From Candidatus Moraniibacteriota bacterium (GTDB taxonomy: Bacteria > Patescibacteriota > Minisyncoccia > Moranbacterales > UBA2206), in the NCBI GenBank assembly GCA_049297495.1, contig JBAQUL010000012.1, positions 43,616 through 107,615 on the forward strand: a stretch of 64,000 bases of DNA. Reading direction: 5' to 3'. The position numbers were made by a program, and so were the translations under genes. Below, piece by piece: positions 26,188 through 35,752 of the stretch (the first letter of the stretch is position 1; the number at the start of each line of letters is the position of its first letter). The notes beneath the pieces are model-generated. The model was not told the origin of the DNA. It ran no database searches and saw only the letters and a program-made list of their open reading frames with translations.

Positions 26188-28935
26188 ATGCTAGCAAAAA
26201 ACAAAAAAAATATCTACAATTTAACACCCGAAGAAGTCTTAAAAAAATTCGGTTCCAATCAGGATGGATTGAGTTTGGATGAAGCGAAAAGCAGACTAGC
26301 TGAGTTTGGGGAAAATAAGATTACTAGAAAGCAAAACTGGAAATGGTTGAAATTAATTCTCGCTCAGTTTAATGATGCGCTGGTGTGGATTTTGCTTGTG
26401 GCAGCGGGACTGGCTTTGGCTTTCGGGGAATATCGCGACGCGACAATTATTTCCATTATCGTTCTCTTGAATGCTACGGTTGGTTTTTTTCAGGAGTTCA
26501 AAGCGGACCGAGTTTTGGAAAGCATCAAAAAGCTAACAGCTAGTTATGCGCTCGTGTTTCGTTTGAGTGAGAAAAAACAGCTTGATACAAGGCTGGTCGT
26601 TCCCGGAGATATTGTTTTTATCGCGGCTGGCGATAGTATCGCGGCGGATGGGTACATTTTGGAAAGTTATGACTTAAAAGTCAATAGTTTTATCTTCACC
26701 GGAGAATCGAAACCAAAAAGGAAAGAATCAAAAATAATCCAGGATACTAGCGTGGCTTTTGCTGACATTGATAATATGGTGTTTATGGGGGAAACGGTGG
26801 CAACTGGCGAAGCAAGGTTCGTGGTGACGGGCACTGGAATGAACACGGAACTTGGGCGTATCGCACATCTTACGCAAGAAGTTGAAAATGATCTGACACC
26901 ACTTCAAAAACAAATGCGCACGCTTGGGCGTGATGTGACAATTCTTTCTGTTTTCATTGGCATCATTGTTCTTGTCGCCGGGCAATATTTCAAGATGTCT
27001 CTTTATCAGAATTTTCTATTTGCCTTAGCTCTTTCTGTCTCTGTGGTTCCCGAGGGATTGCCGGCGGCAATTTCTGTGGCACTGTCTTTTGGCATGAAGC
27101 GCCTAATCAAAGAAAATGTGTTGGCCAAGAAATTAAATGCTGTTGAGACTCTTGGTTCTGTTTCAATGATTTGTACGGATAAAACCGGTACAATTACGCG
27201 AAATGAACTGGCGGTAACGAAGATTGTGATTAATGGAGAGACTTTGGATTTGGACGGAGCAGGCTATGTTCCAGTTGGAAATTTTTATTATAAAAATGAA
27301 AAAATTGATCCGAAAGTCGTTTCTAATTTGGAGTTGCTATTTCGTATAGGAACACTTTGCAATGACGCGAGCCTCGTATATGACGAGAAAAGTTATAAAA
27401 TAATTGGCGATCCAACGGAAGGAGCGATTATCGTGGCGGGACAAAAATATAATAAGACAAAAAAGTTTTATGAGCGAGGGGAGAAAAAAATCAATGAAAA
27501 CCCATTTTCGTCAGAGCGGATGCGGATGAGTGTGGTGTACAAAAACTCAAAAACGATTTCCTATGTCAAAGGCTCACCAGATGTAATGATTGAGCTTTGT
27601 AACTTCATTAAGATTGGCGAGAGTATTTTGCCCTTCAACGAGGAGGAAAAAAGCAGAGCCAAGGCAATTTACAATCAGATGTCAGGAGATGCTTTGAGAG
27701 TGTTGGCGTTTGCTTATCGCGACTTGGATGGATTTTCGGAAAATAAATATTTAGCGGAAGCGGAAAAAGGGTTGGTTTGGGTGGGAATGATGGCAATGAT
27801 TGACCCGCCACGTGCCAATGTGGGTAGTGCAATTGCCGAATGTCGTAATCTTGGAATTAGCGTTGTTATGATTACGGGGGATTATGAAATAACAGCCAGA
27901 GCGATTGCGGAAAATGTGGGACTTGTTGGTAAAAAAGAGGCAAAAAGCAGTTTGGTTATAAACGGGAAAGAATTGGACATACTCAAAGATAGGGAGCTAT
28001 ATCAAAAGATTAAAAACGGTGTTTGTGTTTTTGCGCGGATTGCACCGGAACAGAAATTGCGGATTGCGACGGTACTCAAAAGGAACGGTGAGGTGATCGC
28101 TATGACAGGCGATGGTGTAAATGATGCACCAGCCCTCAAAAAAGCTGATATTGGTGTGGCCATGGGAGTTATTGGCACAGACGTCTCGAAGGAAGCAGCA
28201 AGCATGATTCTTTTGGATGACAATTTTGCTTCAATTGTAAAAGGCGTGAGAGTTGGTCGAACAATTTTTCAAAATCTCAAAAAATTTGTGCACTATGTTT
28301 TCACCTCTAACGCTAGTGAATTATTTGTAGTAATTTTGGGCGTGCTTTTGCAAATTCCTTCTCCAATTTCAGCTGTGCAAATTTTGGCAGTTGACTTGGG
28401 GACAGATATCTTTCCCTCTTTTGCGCTTGGGCTTGAGCCAGAAGAACCGGGCGCAGCCAAGACAGAATTGAATTCTAGGCGAAGCATCATGAGCTTTGGT
28501 GGCTTTCGCAGAATTATTTATTTAGGAATTATTATGGCAACAGGTGCGGTCGTCGCATTTCTTTGGTCGATGCTTCGTGGGGGATGGCAATTCGGTGAGA
28601 GTTTTTCGGTGGACAGTATCTTGTATCTCAAATCAACTACAGCGGCTTATGCCGTTCTCTCAATGACACAAATGGCAAATCTTTTGCAAGCACGCAGTGA
28701 AACGCTCTCGCCCTTTCAGCTTGGATTTTTTAGGAATAAATACGCGATTGGAGCAATCGGGGTATCTTTGATAATTTTATTATTATTCATGTATTTGCCT
28801 TTCTGTCAGCAATATCTGCGGATGTTGCCGATTGATGGGTATGATTGGTTGGTAGTTTTGGGCTCATTTTTGGCGGTGTTTTTCTGGGAAGAAATGCGTA
28901 AGGAGGATGTCCGGAAAGGCGAAAAATCAGCTTGA
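26188..28935 (+). CDS. P-type cation-transporting ATPase, type II (Ca2+/Mg2+ SERCA/PMCA-like)
   Basis: 915 aa; TGES, PEGLPA, DKTGTIT, TGDGVNDAPALKKADIGVAMG motifs; 10 TM topology. Confidence 0.85.
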   Translation: MLAKNKKNIYNLTPEEVLKKFGSNQDGLSLDEAKSRLAEFGENKITRKQNWKWLKLILAQFNDALVWILLVAAGLALAFGEYRDATIISIIVLLNATVGFFQEFKADRVLESIKKLTASYALVFRLSEKKQLDTRLVVPGDIVFIAAGDSIAADGYILESYDLKVNSFIFTGESKPKRKESKIIQDTSVAFADIDNMVFMGETVATGEARFVVTGTGMNTELGRIAHLTQEVENDLTPLQKQMRTLGRDVTILSVFIGIIVLVAGQYFKMSLYQNFLFALALSVSVVPEGLPAAISVALSFGMKRLIKENVLAKKLNAVETLGSVSMICTDKTGTITRNELAVTKIVINGETLDLDGAGYVPVGNFYYKNEKIDPKVVSNLELLFRIGTLCNDASLVYDEKSYKIIGDPTEGAIIVAGQKYNKTKKFYERGEKKINENPFSSERMRMSVVYKNSKTISYVKGSPDVMIELCNFIKIGESILPFNEEEKSRAKAIYNQMSGDALRVLAFAYRDLDGFSENKYLAEAEKGLVWVGMMAMIDPPRANVGSAIAECRNLGISVVMITGDYEITARAIAENVGLVGKKEAKSSLVINGKELDILKDRELYQKIKNGVCVFARIAPEQKLRIATVLKRNGEVIAMTGDGVNDAPALKKADIGVAMGVIGTDVSKEAASMILLDDNFASIVKGVRVGRTIFQNLKKFVHYVFTSNASELFVVILGVLLQIPSPISAVQILAVDLGTDIFPSFALGLEPEEPGAAKTELNSRRSIMSFGGFRRIIYLGIIMATGAVVAFLWSMLRGGWQFGESFSVDSILYLKSTTAAYAVLSMTQMANLLQARSETLSPFQLGFFRNKYAIGAIGVSLIILLLFMYLPFCQQYLRMLPIDGYDWLVVLGSFLAVFFWEEMRKEDVRKGEKSA

Positions 28936-28998
28936 GTCTGGGTGGTTTTTGTGGTATTCTGAAAGTGAGGTCGGGTTAATTTGTTAGAATCATAAAAT

Positions 28999-29385
28999 AT
29001 GCAAGGTACAGCAAGCGTCATCCTGAGCATCTTGGTTGTTGTAATAGTAATTTTGCTTTTTAAAGGGGGGAAATCTAATTATAATAAGGCGAATAATTTT
29101 TTAAAGTTATTAAAAGAAAAAGATTTTGAAAAATGGAAAGAACTTGGCGAGCCGAGGATAATGTTAATCATGCCAAATGCAATCATTACAAACAAGGGTC
29201 CTTATATAAGTGATATTCGGGCGTATGTTAAATATGCTAATTTTGGGGATTTCTCTGATCAAGAATTGAAAATTGCCCTTGAGGATGTCCGAAACGTTTT
29301 TTCCATTAAACCTTTTGATCTTATTGCAGTGATTGCTATTTATGCCATATTTATAGGAGCGCTTGTTTACGCGACATTATTTTAA
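28999..29385 (+). CDS. Small two-TM membrane protein, hypothetical (overlaps murB start by 23 nt)
   Basis: 128 aa; hydrophobic N- and C-terminal helices. Confidence 0.35.
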   Translation: MQGTASVILSILVVVIVILLFKGGKSNYNKANNFLKLLKEKDFEKWKELGEPRIMLIMPNAIITNKGPYISDIRAYVKYANFGDFSDQELKIALEDVRNVFSIKPFDLIAVIAIYAIFIGALVYATLF

Positions 29386-30379
29386 TATTATGTTAACTAT
29401 CCAAAAAAATATTCCCTTGGCACCACTGACCACTTTTAAAATTGGCGGACCGGCAAAGTTTTTTTGTGTGGCAAAAGATAAAAGCGAGCTGTTGGAAGCA
29501 CTGGATTTCGCTAAAGAAAATAAATTGGAAATTTTTATGCTTGGCGGGGGCAGTAATGTTTTATTTAGCGACAAAGGTTTTGATGGGTTAGTTATAAAAA
29601 TGCAATCATCAGAAGTCAGTGAACCCTCCTTCGCTAAAGCTACAGCGGGCAAGCAAGATGCTAAAATTGAATGTTGGGCGGGAGAAAGTTTGGCGAGCGT
29701 CGTTAATTTTACTAAGGAAAATAGTCTTATGGGAATGGAATGGGCGGTGGGGATTCCGGGAACAGTTGGTGGGGCGGTGCGGGGTAATGCTGGAGCTCCC
29801 TGGGGGTGTATGGCAGATAGTATTGAAAGCGTACGTGGGATAAATTTAGAAAATCAAGAAAGTATTGATTATTCTCGCGAAGATTGCAAATTTAGTTATC
29901 GTGATTCTGTTTTCAAGAAAGATAAGAATTTATTAATTTTATCTTGTATATTAAAAATGCAAAAAGGTGAGCGAGATATGATTGAAAAAAGAATGCAAGA
30001 AATTTCCAAAACCCGTTCAGATAATCAGCCAAAAGGTCTTAGCTCTGGTAGTTTTTTTCAAAATCCGGTTGTGAGTGATAAGAATCTTATTGCTGAATTT
30101 GAAAAAGATACAGGAAAAAAGATAGAAGAGAACAAGAGTCTCTATAAGCAAGAAAGAGGTGAAATTAAGCTTCCTGCTGGCTGGCTGATTGAAGAAGCTG
30201 GGTTTAAAGGAAAAAAAATTGGCGGAGTGATGGTGAGCGAGAAACATGCTAACTTTTTCATCAATGATGGAACGGGCACTGCAGAGGATGTTGTAATTCT
30301 TGCCGGAATAATCAAGCAGAAGATACGAGAAGAATTTGATACTCAAATTAAGGAGGAAATTATTTATGTCGGATTTTAG
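29363..30379 (+). CDS. murB: UDP-N-acetylenolpyruvoylglucosamine reductase MurB
   Basis: LAPLTTFKIGGPAKFF...MLGGGSNVLF FAD-binding domain motifs; long C-terminal domain. Confidence 0.8.
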   Translation: MFTRHYFNIMLTIQKNIPLAPLTTFKIGGPAKFFCVAKDKSELLEALDFAKENKLEIFMLGGGSNVLFSDKGFDGLVIKMQSSEVSEPSFAKATAGKQDAKIECWAGESLASVVNFTKENSLMGMEWAVGIPGTVGGAVRGNAGAPWGCMADSIESVRGINLENQESIDYSREDCKFSYRDSVFKKDKNLLILSCILKMQKGERDMIEKRMQEISKTRSDNQPKGLSSGSFFQNPVVSDKNLIAEFEKDTGKKIEENKSLYKQERGEIKLPAGWLIEEAGFKGKKIGGVMVSEKHANFFINDGTGTAEDVVILAGIIKQKIREEFDTQIKEEIIYVGF

Positions 30380-30454
30380 CTATAGATTGAACTAATTAAC
30401 ATATCGGGATTTTAAGGAAAAAGTCATTTTCCTCATAATCTCGATCAAAAACAT

Positions 30455-30829
30455 ATGGTAGTTAAAAAACCACAAAGCATGAGGATGATGTTTAAGGGCA
30501 TAGACTCGGATAAGAAGGCCGAGGCCTATATTGAAAAAAGATTACAAAAAGTCAATCGAATAATCAAGAATGTTTTGGAGTTTGAGGTGGAAATTTGCCT
30601 AGATAAAAAGGGTAAGTATCGCGTAGAATTAATGGTAAAAACTCCCTACGCGCTTTACCGAGCAGAAGAAATATCTGAGAGTATTGAGGGCTCAGCTGAC
30701 ATCGCTTGCGAAGAGTTGACCACGCAAATTGTCAAAGACAAAAGCAAAATGGTTGATCTCAAAAGACGCGGCGCAAGATCTCTGAAGAAAAAAATCGTAC
30801 TGGATGAGGACTCGAGGTTTAAGAAATAG
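30455..30829 (+). CDS. hpf: Ribosome hibernation promoting factor (HPF/RaiA, sigma-54 modulation protein family); likely start at an internal Met (30479)
   Basis: KGIDSDKKAEAYIEKRLQKVNRII...FEVEI...YRVELMV...LYRAEEISESIEGSADIACEEL beta-alpha-beta-beta-beta-alpha pattern of the RaiA family. Confidence 0.7.
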   Translation: MVVKKPQSMRMMFKGIDSDKKAEAYIEKRLQKVNRIIKNVLEFEVEICLDKKGKYRVELMVKTPYALYRAEEISESIEGSADIACEELTTQIVKDKSKMVDLKRRGARSLKKKIVLDEDSRFKK

Positions 30830-30831
30830 AT

Positions 30832-30861
30832 TTGACAAAAATAGTCATTTCTTGTTAGAGT
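30832..30861 (+). promoter_or_regulatory. Sigma70-like promoter TTGACA-18-TGnTAGAGT (extended -10) downstream of hpf
   Basis: Seen in sequence: ttgacaaaaatagtcatttcttgttagagt. Confidence 0.45.
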
Positions 30862-30867
30862 GAAAGC

Positions 30868-31027
30868 GTAAATATTTTAAACACATGAACAGCGCCAAAA
30901 GAACAATTTCTCAAGGTTTTCCGGTTCCGGCAAAGGCAGGCTGCTTTTGTGTGTTTGGAATCGGAGATTAAACTTCATCATTACAAACAGACATGAAACA
31001 GCTTGCCTTTTGCGAGCTGTTTTTTTG
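30868..31027 (+). ncRNA. Candidate small RNA or attenuator leader, about 160 nt, bounded by the promoter at 30832 and an intrinsic terminator at 30998-31027
   Basis: Promoter followed by a non-coding stretch ending in hairpin acagcttgc-ctttt-gcgagctgt + T7; the internal plus-strand ORF (30947-31252) looks spurious; no family assignment possible by eye. Confidence 0.3.
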
Positions 31028-31092
31028 TTCTTTGGTAGAAGTGTTTCCGTTTTTTACTTTATTATTTCAACCCAAATCGAAAGGAAAAAGCT

Positions 31093-31428
31093 ATGGACTA
31101 CGAAATTGAGAAACTCAACAAAGTGCAAGCGGGTGAAGCAGCTAGTCTTTTGGCAAAAAATGGCATCGAAAAGACTGTTGATGAAATTTTGGCATCAAAG
31201 TGTCTCGTGGCAACCAATGAAAACGAAGAAATCATTGCTTTTGCCGAGGTAACCGGCCAGGACAAAGCCAGTGTGTTCTGTTTCATAGATATAGGCAAAA
31301 GGAAAAAAATAGAAATTAAAGGGAAATTTTTCTCAGTGATTTTTAGTAAAAAGACATGGGAAAGCGAAAAATATGTCAGAACTGGAATTACTCAGCAGCA
31401 AAGAAGTTGGATGTTTCCTGGAGGATGA
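31093..31428 (+). CDS. Hypothetical protein
   Basis: 111 aa ORF with RBS-like aaaggaaaaagctATG; no recognisable motifs. Confidence 0.35.
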   Translation: MDYEIEKLNKVQAGEAASLLAKNGIEKTVDEILASKCLVATNENEEIIAFAEVTGQDKASVFCFIDIGKRKKIEIKGKFFSVIFSKKTWESEKYVRTGITQQQRSWMFPGG

Positions 31429-31453
31429 GATTTTTCGAGTAAAAACAGAAAAA

Positions 31454-31496
31454 TTATGAGAGCGGTCAACGCGCCGCTCTCATAATCAAATTTTTG
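31454..31496 (+). terminator. Intrinsic terminator (12-bp perfect stem ttatgagagcgg / ccgctctcataa, 8-nt loop, followed by tcaaattttt)
   Basis: Seen in sequence immediately after the 31093 ORF stop. Confidence 0.65.
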
Positions 31497-31563
31497 ATGA
31501 ATGGATGATAAATTGACCCTTAGAGCGGTCTATAATATACTTAGAAATAGATAACTTTCGATA

Positions 31564-31752
31564 TCCTCCTCTTCATTAGGGAGAGGATGTTCGAAGGACA
31601 GGTGAGGGAAAAGGGTGTTATTAAAAAAGAGAATCTATATAAATAATGATGGTTGGCTACTCAAAGATTTCTCCCTCATCCGGCCTACAGCCACCCGCCT
31701 GCAACGCTTCGCGTAGCGATACGGGCAGGCCTTCTCCCTAAGGGCGTAAGAC
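31564..31752. repeat. REP-like imperfect palindromic element, family C copy 2 (arm ccctcatccggcctac resembles the classical REP arm; about 45-nt insertion relative to copy 1) in the proS leader
   Basis: Ordered shared blocks with 10449-10605 (cctcctc, gggagaggatgt, gacaggtgaggg, aagggtg, agagaatcta, ccctcatccggcc, ccttctcc). Confidence 0.55.
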
Positions 31753-31782
31753 TTAAAAATTAATTAAATTATAAAAAATACT

Positions 31783-33015
31783 ATGAAACAATCACAACTA
31801 TTTTCCAAAACCAACAAAGTCGCACCTAAAGACGAGGAAAGTGTCAATGCCCAACTGCTTATCCGTGGAGGCTATGTCGACAAGTTAATGGCGGGGACCT
31901 ATAGCTATTTGCCCCTCGGTTGGCGAACATACAAAAAGCTGGAAGAAATTATTCGTGAAGAAATTAATGCCGTTTCCGGTCAGGAGATTTTCATGCCTTC
32001 GATGCATCCAAAAGAGAATTGGGAGAAAACCGGACGTTGGGATGGACTCGATGTTCTTGTTAAAGTTGGCCTGGGTGAAGAAAAGAATATGGCGTTGGCT
32101 CCGACACATGAAGAAGTGGTGGCGCCTTTGGCGAAAAAAATCGTTGAGTCCTATAAAGATTTACCAAAAGCTGTCTATCATTTCCAAAATAAATTTCGCG
32201 GAGAAAAAAGAGCGAAATCGGGAATCCTACGTTTGCGCGAATTTATCATGAAAGACCTTTATTCTTTCCACGCGGACCAAGCTGACATGGATGAATATTA
32301 TGATCGAGTAGCACAAGCCTACAAAAATATTTTCGAACGAGCGGGGATTGGCGCGCAGACCTATTTCACCTATGCTTCAGGCGGAACGTTTGCTAAATAT
32401 TCCCACGAATTTCAAGCAGAAACAGAAGCGGGCGAAGATACGATTTATGTTTGTGAGGCATGCCATATTGCCATTAACAAAGAAATTATTGAAGATTTGG
32501 AGCATAAATGTCCACTTTGTGGCAATGCCAGTCTTCGTGAAACAAAGGCAGTTGAGGTGGGTAATATCTTTAAGCTTGGCACAAAGTATTCCACACCCTT
32601 TAATTTGACCTACAAGGACCAAAACGGAGAGGAAAAGCCAATTATCATGGGTTGCTATGGAATCGGCCCACAACGCCTCATGGGCACGATTGTAGAGATT
32701 TTCCACGATGAAAAAGGCATCATTTGGCCCCAAGCGGTGGCACCCTTCAAAGTGCATCTAATTGGTTTAGGCAAGGATATATCGGCAGCCGAAGAGTTGT
32801 ATCAAAAACTAAACGCTGAAAAAATTGAAGTTCTATTTGACGACCGTGAAGTTTCCGCCGGGGAAAAATTCGCCGACGCCGATCTTTTGGGCTTGCCATA
32901 TCGTGTCATCATCAGCGAAAAATCCCTCGCTGCCGGCGGAGTGGAATTGAAAAAAAGAAATGAAAAAGACAGCCAGATTGTGAAAATCGAGGAGCTTTTA
33001 GGGAGGCTAAAATAA
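31783..33015 (+). CDS. proS: Prolyl-tRNA synthetase, short bacterial-type form lacking the INS editing domain
   Basis: N-terminus QLLIRGGYVDKLMAGTYSYLPLGWRTYKKLEEIIREEI (class II motif 1 region), anticodon-binding C-terminus, CxxC...CxxC zinc knuckle. Confidence 0.8.
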   Translation: MKQSQLFSKTNKVAPKDEESVNAQLLIRGGYVDKLMAGTYSYLPLGWRTYKKLEEIIREEINAVSGQEIFMPSMHPKENWEKTGRWDGLDVLVKVGLGEEKNMALAPTHEEVVAPLAKKIVESYKDLPKAVYHFQNKFRGEKRAKSGILRLREFIMKDLYSFHADQADMDEYYDRVAQAYKNIFERAGIGAQTYFTYASGGTFAKYSHEFQAETEAGEDTIYVCEACHIAINKEIIEDLEHKCPLCGNASLRETKAVEVGNIFKLGTKYSTPFNLTYKDQNGEEKPIIMGCYGIGPQRLMGTIVEIFHDEKGIIWPQAVAPFKVHLIGLGKDISAAEELYQKLNAEKIEVLFDDREVSAGEKFADADLLGLPYRVIISEKSLAAGGVELKKRNEKDSQIVKIEELLGRLK

Positions 33016-33050
33016 AAAACTCGATTCAGGAGAATTGAACCGACGAGATA

Positions 33051-33932
33051 TTGGCATCTATGGAAACAAAAACGCTACTTCGAAAAATCAAAAAAGAATT
33101 TCCAGAAATTAATTGGGAATCAGCCAGGAAAACTAAGCAAAATTGGGATTTTGACGTTGTTATTTTAGATAATATGTATGTGTTTCGCTTTGCTAAAGAT
33201 AAGGGAGGAGAAAAAAGGCTTGCTAATGAAATTAAGCTTTTAGATTATTTGGCAAATAAAACATTAATGCCTGTACCTAATTATATTTTCAGATCGAAAA
33301 GTGGAAAATTTGCCGGGTACAAAATTCTAAAAGGTGAAAAATTAGCGTTAATGGAATTTCGTAAATTACCTTATTCAGTTAAGAAAAAGATGGCGGTTGA
33401 GTTTGCTGATTTTCTAAATGTATTGCATGGTGTTTCGAAGAGGCACTTCGGAAATTTTGGCATAGAGACAAAATCGAAGGGCGACGAAATAGAGAAGTTA
33501 TTCGGAAGGTTAAAAAGAACTGCTTTTCCGAAACTAAAAAAACAGGAAACGAAAGATATAGCGAATTTTTTTGATCAATATGACGCATTGATTAAAAAAC
33601 CATATAAAAGAGTTTTAGTTCACGGTGATCTTACTAGGGAAAATATAATTTTTGAAAATAATAAAATCACTGGCGTAATTGATTTTTCCAATTTTGGCGT
33701 TAATGAGCCTGCCTTAGACTTTAAAGGGTTTTGGGGCTTTGGCTTAGGATTTGTTAAGATGGTTTATGAAAATTATAAAGATAATGGTGATAATTTTTTC
33801 ATAGAACGCTCTAGATTATATCATAGGATGATTGGGCTATATGTTTTAGATGGGACAGTATCATGCAAACACAGCCCTTTAAGTTTTGAAAAAGGATATA
33901 AGCTATTTAGAAAATATTTTTATATTAAATGA
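33051..33932 (+). CDS. APH/ChoK-fold kinase (candidate anomeric sugar kinase)
   Basis: 293 aa; LVHGDLTRENIIFENN catalytic loop and VIDFSNFG motif. Confidence 0.55.
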   Translation: MASMETKTLLRKIKKEFPEINWESARKTKQNWDFDVVILDNMYVFRFAKDKGGEKRLANEIKLLDYLANKTLMPVPNYIFRSKSGKFAGYKILKGEKLALMEFRKLPYSVKKKMAVEFADFLNVLHGVSKRHFGNFGIETKSKGDEIEKLFGRLKRTAFPKLKKQETKDIANFFDQYDALIKKPYKRVLVHGDLTRENIIFENNKITGVIDFSNFGVNEPALDFKGFWGFGLGFVKMVYENYKDNGDNFFIERSRLYHRMIGLYVLDGTVSCKHSPLSFEKGYKLFRKYFYIK

Positions 33933-33944
33933 AGCTAAGAATTC

Positions 33945-34065
33945 TGTCATCCCCGCGGAGGCGGGGATCCAGCGGACATGTTCTGTTTGAATAGTTAATC
34001 TAAACATTAGGCAAATATAGTTAATTTTGTCTTCCTACTAGATTCCCGCCTTCGCGGGAATGACA
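33945..34065. repeat. MITE-like palindromic element, family B: termini tgtcatccccgcggaggcggggatcc ... gattcccgccttcgcgggaatgaca (each terminus itself a GC hairpin), between convergent genes
   Basis: Seen in sequence; same TGTCATCC / GAATGACA termini as family A elements at 6087 and 56904. Confidence 0.7.
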
Positions 34066-34140
34066 CAGCGAGGTCGGTTTGAAATAGAAAAACAAAAAAG
34101 CACTCCAATCAGAGTGCTTTTTTTGATTTCATGAATTTTC

Positions 34141-35466
34141 CTATTTCCTCCCAATCCCGCGATACTTGATTCCCAGTTTTTTGATCTTGTTTTTGTCGAG
34201 GCAATTCATTCCGTCGACAATGGCTTTTACGCCATTTTTCTTGAATTCTTTTGGATCAAGCGCAGCGAATTCGCTGTGGTTGGTGACGAGGATAATCGCT
34301 GTGCATTTTTTGAGAAATGTCGTGAGGTTAGGCGCATCGGACATCGAACTAATAAATGGGTCATAACGGATAATTTTAGCTTTCTTTTTCTTGAGTTCCA
34401 AGATTATTTTGATGGCGGGGGATTCGCGGAGATCATCTACATCGGCCTTATAGGAAAGTCCCATCACACCAATGGCTGTATCTTTCATTGGCAATTTGAT
34501 TTCATTTAGAAGATCTTGCATAGATTCGACAGTATAGGCTGGCATTGAGTTATTGATTTCTCGAGCTACGCGCAGAAATTTGTGATCAAAACCTGAAGCT
34601 TTGGCCTTTTCAATGAGGTAGTAGGGATCAACAGGGATACAATGTCCGCCAACGCCACGGCCCGGGTAGTGTGCCATAAAGGCAAAGGGTTTGGTGGCTG
34701 CGCCATCAATGACGTTTTTAACGTCGATTTCTAGTTTATCGAAACTCTTGGCTAGTTCGTTTACAAAAGCGATGTTGATATCGCGGAAAGAATTTTCCAC
34801 CACCTTACAGGCTTCTGCTTCTTTAACTGAGCCCATCAGCTTGATCGGAGCGTCAATGATTGATTCATAGAAATTTTTGGCGATAGCAAGACCAGCGGGA
34901 GAGGACGCGCCCAAGACGCGTGGGATGTTAGTGACATTCCATTTTTTGTCTCCCGGATTGATCCGTTCTGGGCAGTGGCCAAGAAAAAAATCCTTACCTT
35001 CCTTGAGTCCAGCGTTTGTGAGAATTGGCGCAATGACATCATCACAGATTCCGGGGTTGATAGTTGACTCGATCATAATGAGTTGTCCGACTTTGTGATT
35101 CTTGACAATCATTTCTGTGGCGGAGGTAAGGGGAGTGAGGATTGGAAAAAATTTTTCATCAACTGGTGTTGGTACGCAAACAACAATAATGTCAGCTTTT
35201 TTCAGAATAGCTGGGTCGGTCGTGGCAGTTATTTTTTTGAGTAGATTTTTTCTTTCTTCAATAAATTCCTCCTTGAATGGGCTTTGACCCTTCTTGATCA
35301 AATCAACCTTACTTTTGTCGAGGTCGAGTCCAAATGTCTCGTAGCCTTTTTCTGCCGCGCGCATCGCAAGCGGTAATCCGACATAGCCTAGACCAATAAT
35401 TGCTACAGATTCGAGCTTTTTTTTATCCGCCGGAGCCTGGGCGGAGGTGGACTTTTCATTTGTCAT
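34141..35466 (-). CDS. Nucleotide-sugar dehydrogenase (UDP-glucose/UDP-ManNAc 6-dehydrogenase family)
   Basis: 441 aa; VAIIGLGYVGLPLA Rossmann N-terminus, catalytic-Cys region GGHCIPVDPYYL, UDPG_MGDP_dh C-terminal domain. Confidence 0.8.
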   Translation of the reverse strand: MTNEKSTSAQAPADKKKLESVAIIGLGYVGLPLAMRAAEKGYETFGLDLDKSKVDLIKKGQSPFKEEFIEERKNLLKKITATTDPAILKKADIIVVCVPTPVDEKFFPILTPLTSATEMIVKNHKVGQLIMIESTINPGICDDVIAPILTNAGLKEGKDFFLGHCPERINPGDKKWNVTNIPRVLGASSPAGLAIAKNFYESIIDAPIKLMGSVKEAEACKVVENSFRDINIAFVNELAKSFDKLEIDVKNVIDGAATKPFAFMAHYPGRGVGGHCIPVDPYYLIEKAKASGFDHKFLRVAREINNSMPAYTVESMQDLLNEIKLPMKDTAIGVMGLSYKADVDDLRESPAIKIILELKKKKAKIIRYDPFISSMSDAPNLTTFLKKCTAIILVTNHSEFAALDPKEFKKNGVKAIVDGMNCLDKNKIKKLGIKYRGIGRK

Positions 35467-35675
35467 AGTTTTTTGTTGTTATTAGTTAATCCTAGACCTT
35501 CTAAATAATAGCGAAAAAGTAGATTTTTTGCAAAGGCTTTGCTGGGGAGGTCTTTTTATGCTAAATTGAAATCGTTGGAGATTGATTGAGGTGTGGGGTG
35601 GTAGGCGCTTAATGTGGAGATATGTTTGCCTCAGAGAGGATTTTCTGTATACGTTCTTGGCGATATGGGGCTGTA

Positions 35676-35705
35676 TTGCACTTAGGCTAAAAACTATTGT
35701 ATAAT
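35676..35705 (+). promoter_or_regulatory. Sigma70-like promoter TTGCAC-18-TGTATAAT (extended -10), followed by hairpin cgcagg-ctcaaac-cctgcg in the leader of 35753
   Basis: Seen in sequence. Confidence 0.5.
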
Positions 35706-35752
35706 TTATGCGCAGGCTCAAACCCTGCGTTTAACCTTTAAAGCATAAAATA

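Noticed and set aside
29011-29030. 12-mer gtcatcctgagc inside the 28999 ORF matching the MITE-A terminus
   Set aside because: Only the 12-nt terminus matches; no partner terminus or internal arms nearby, so probably a chance match and not an element copy.
30947-31252. 101-aa ORF crossing the terminator hairpin at 30998-31027 and overlapping the 31093 ORF
   Set aside because: Reads through a canonical intrinsic terminator and overlaps the downstream ORF out of frame; the sequence looks non-genic.
31564-31782. T-box riboswitch upstream of proS
   Set aside because: The leader is long and structured, but I could not find the conserved T-box sequence (AGGGUGGNACCGCG) or a specifier-loop arrangement; the same element also occurs at a convergent gene junction (10449-10605), which fits a repeat better than an aaRS-specific riboswitch.
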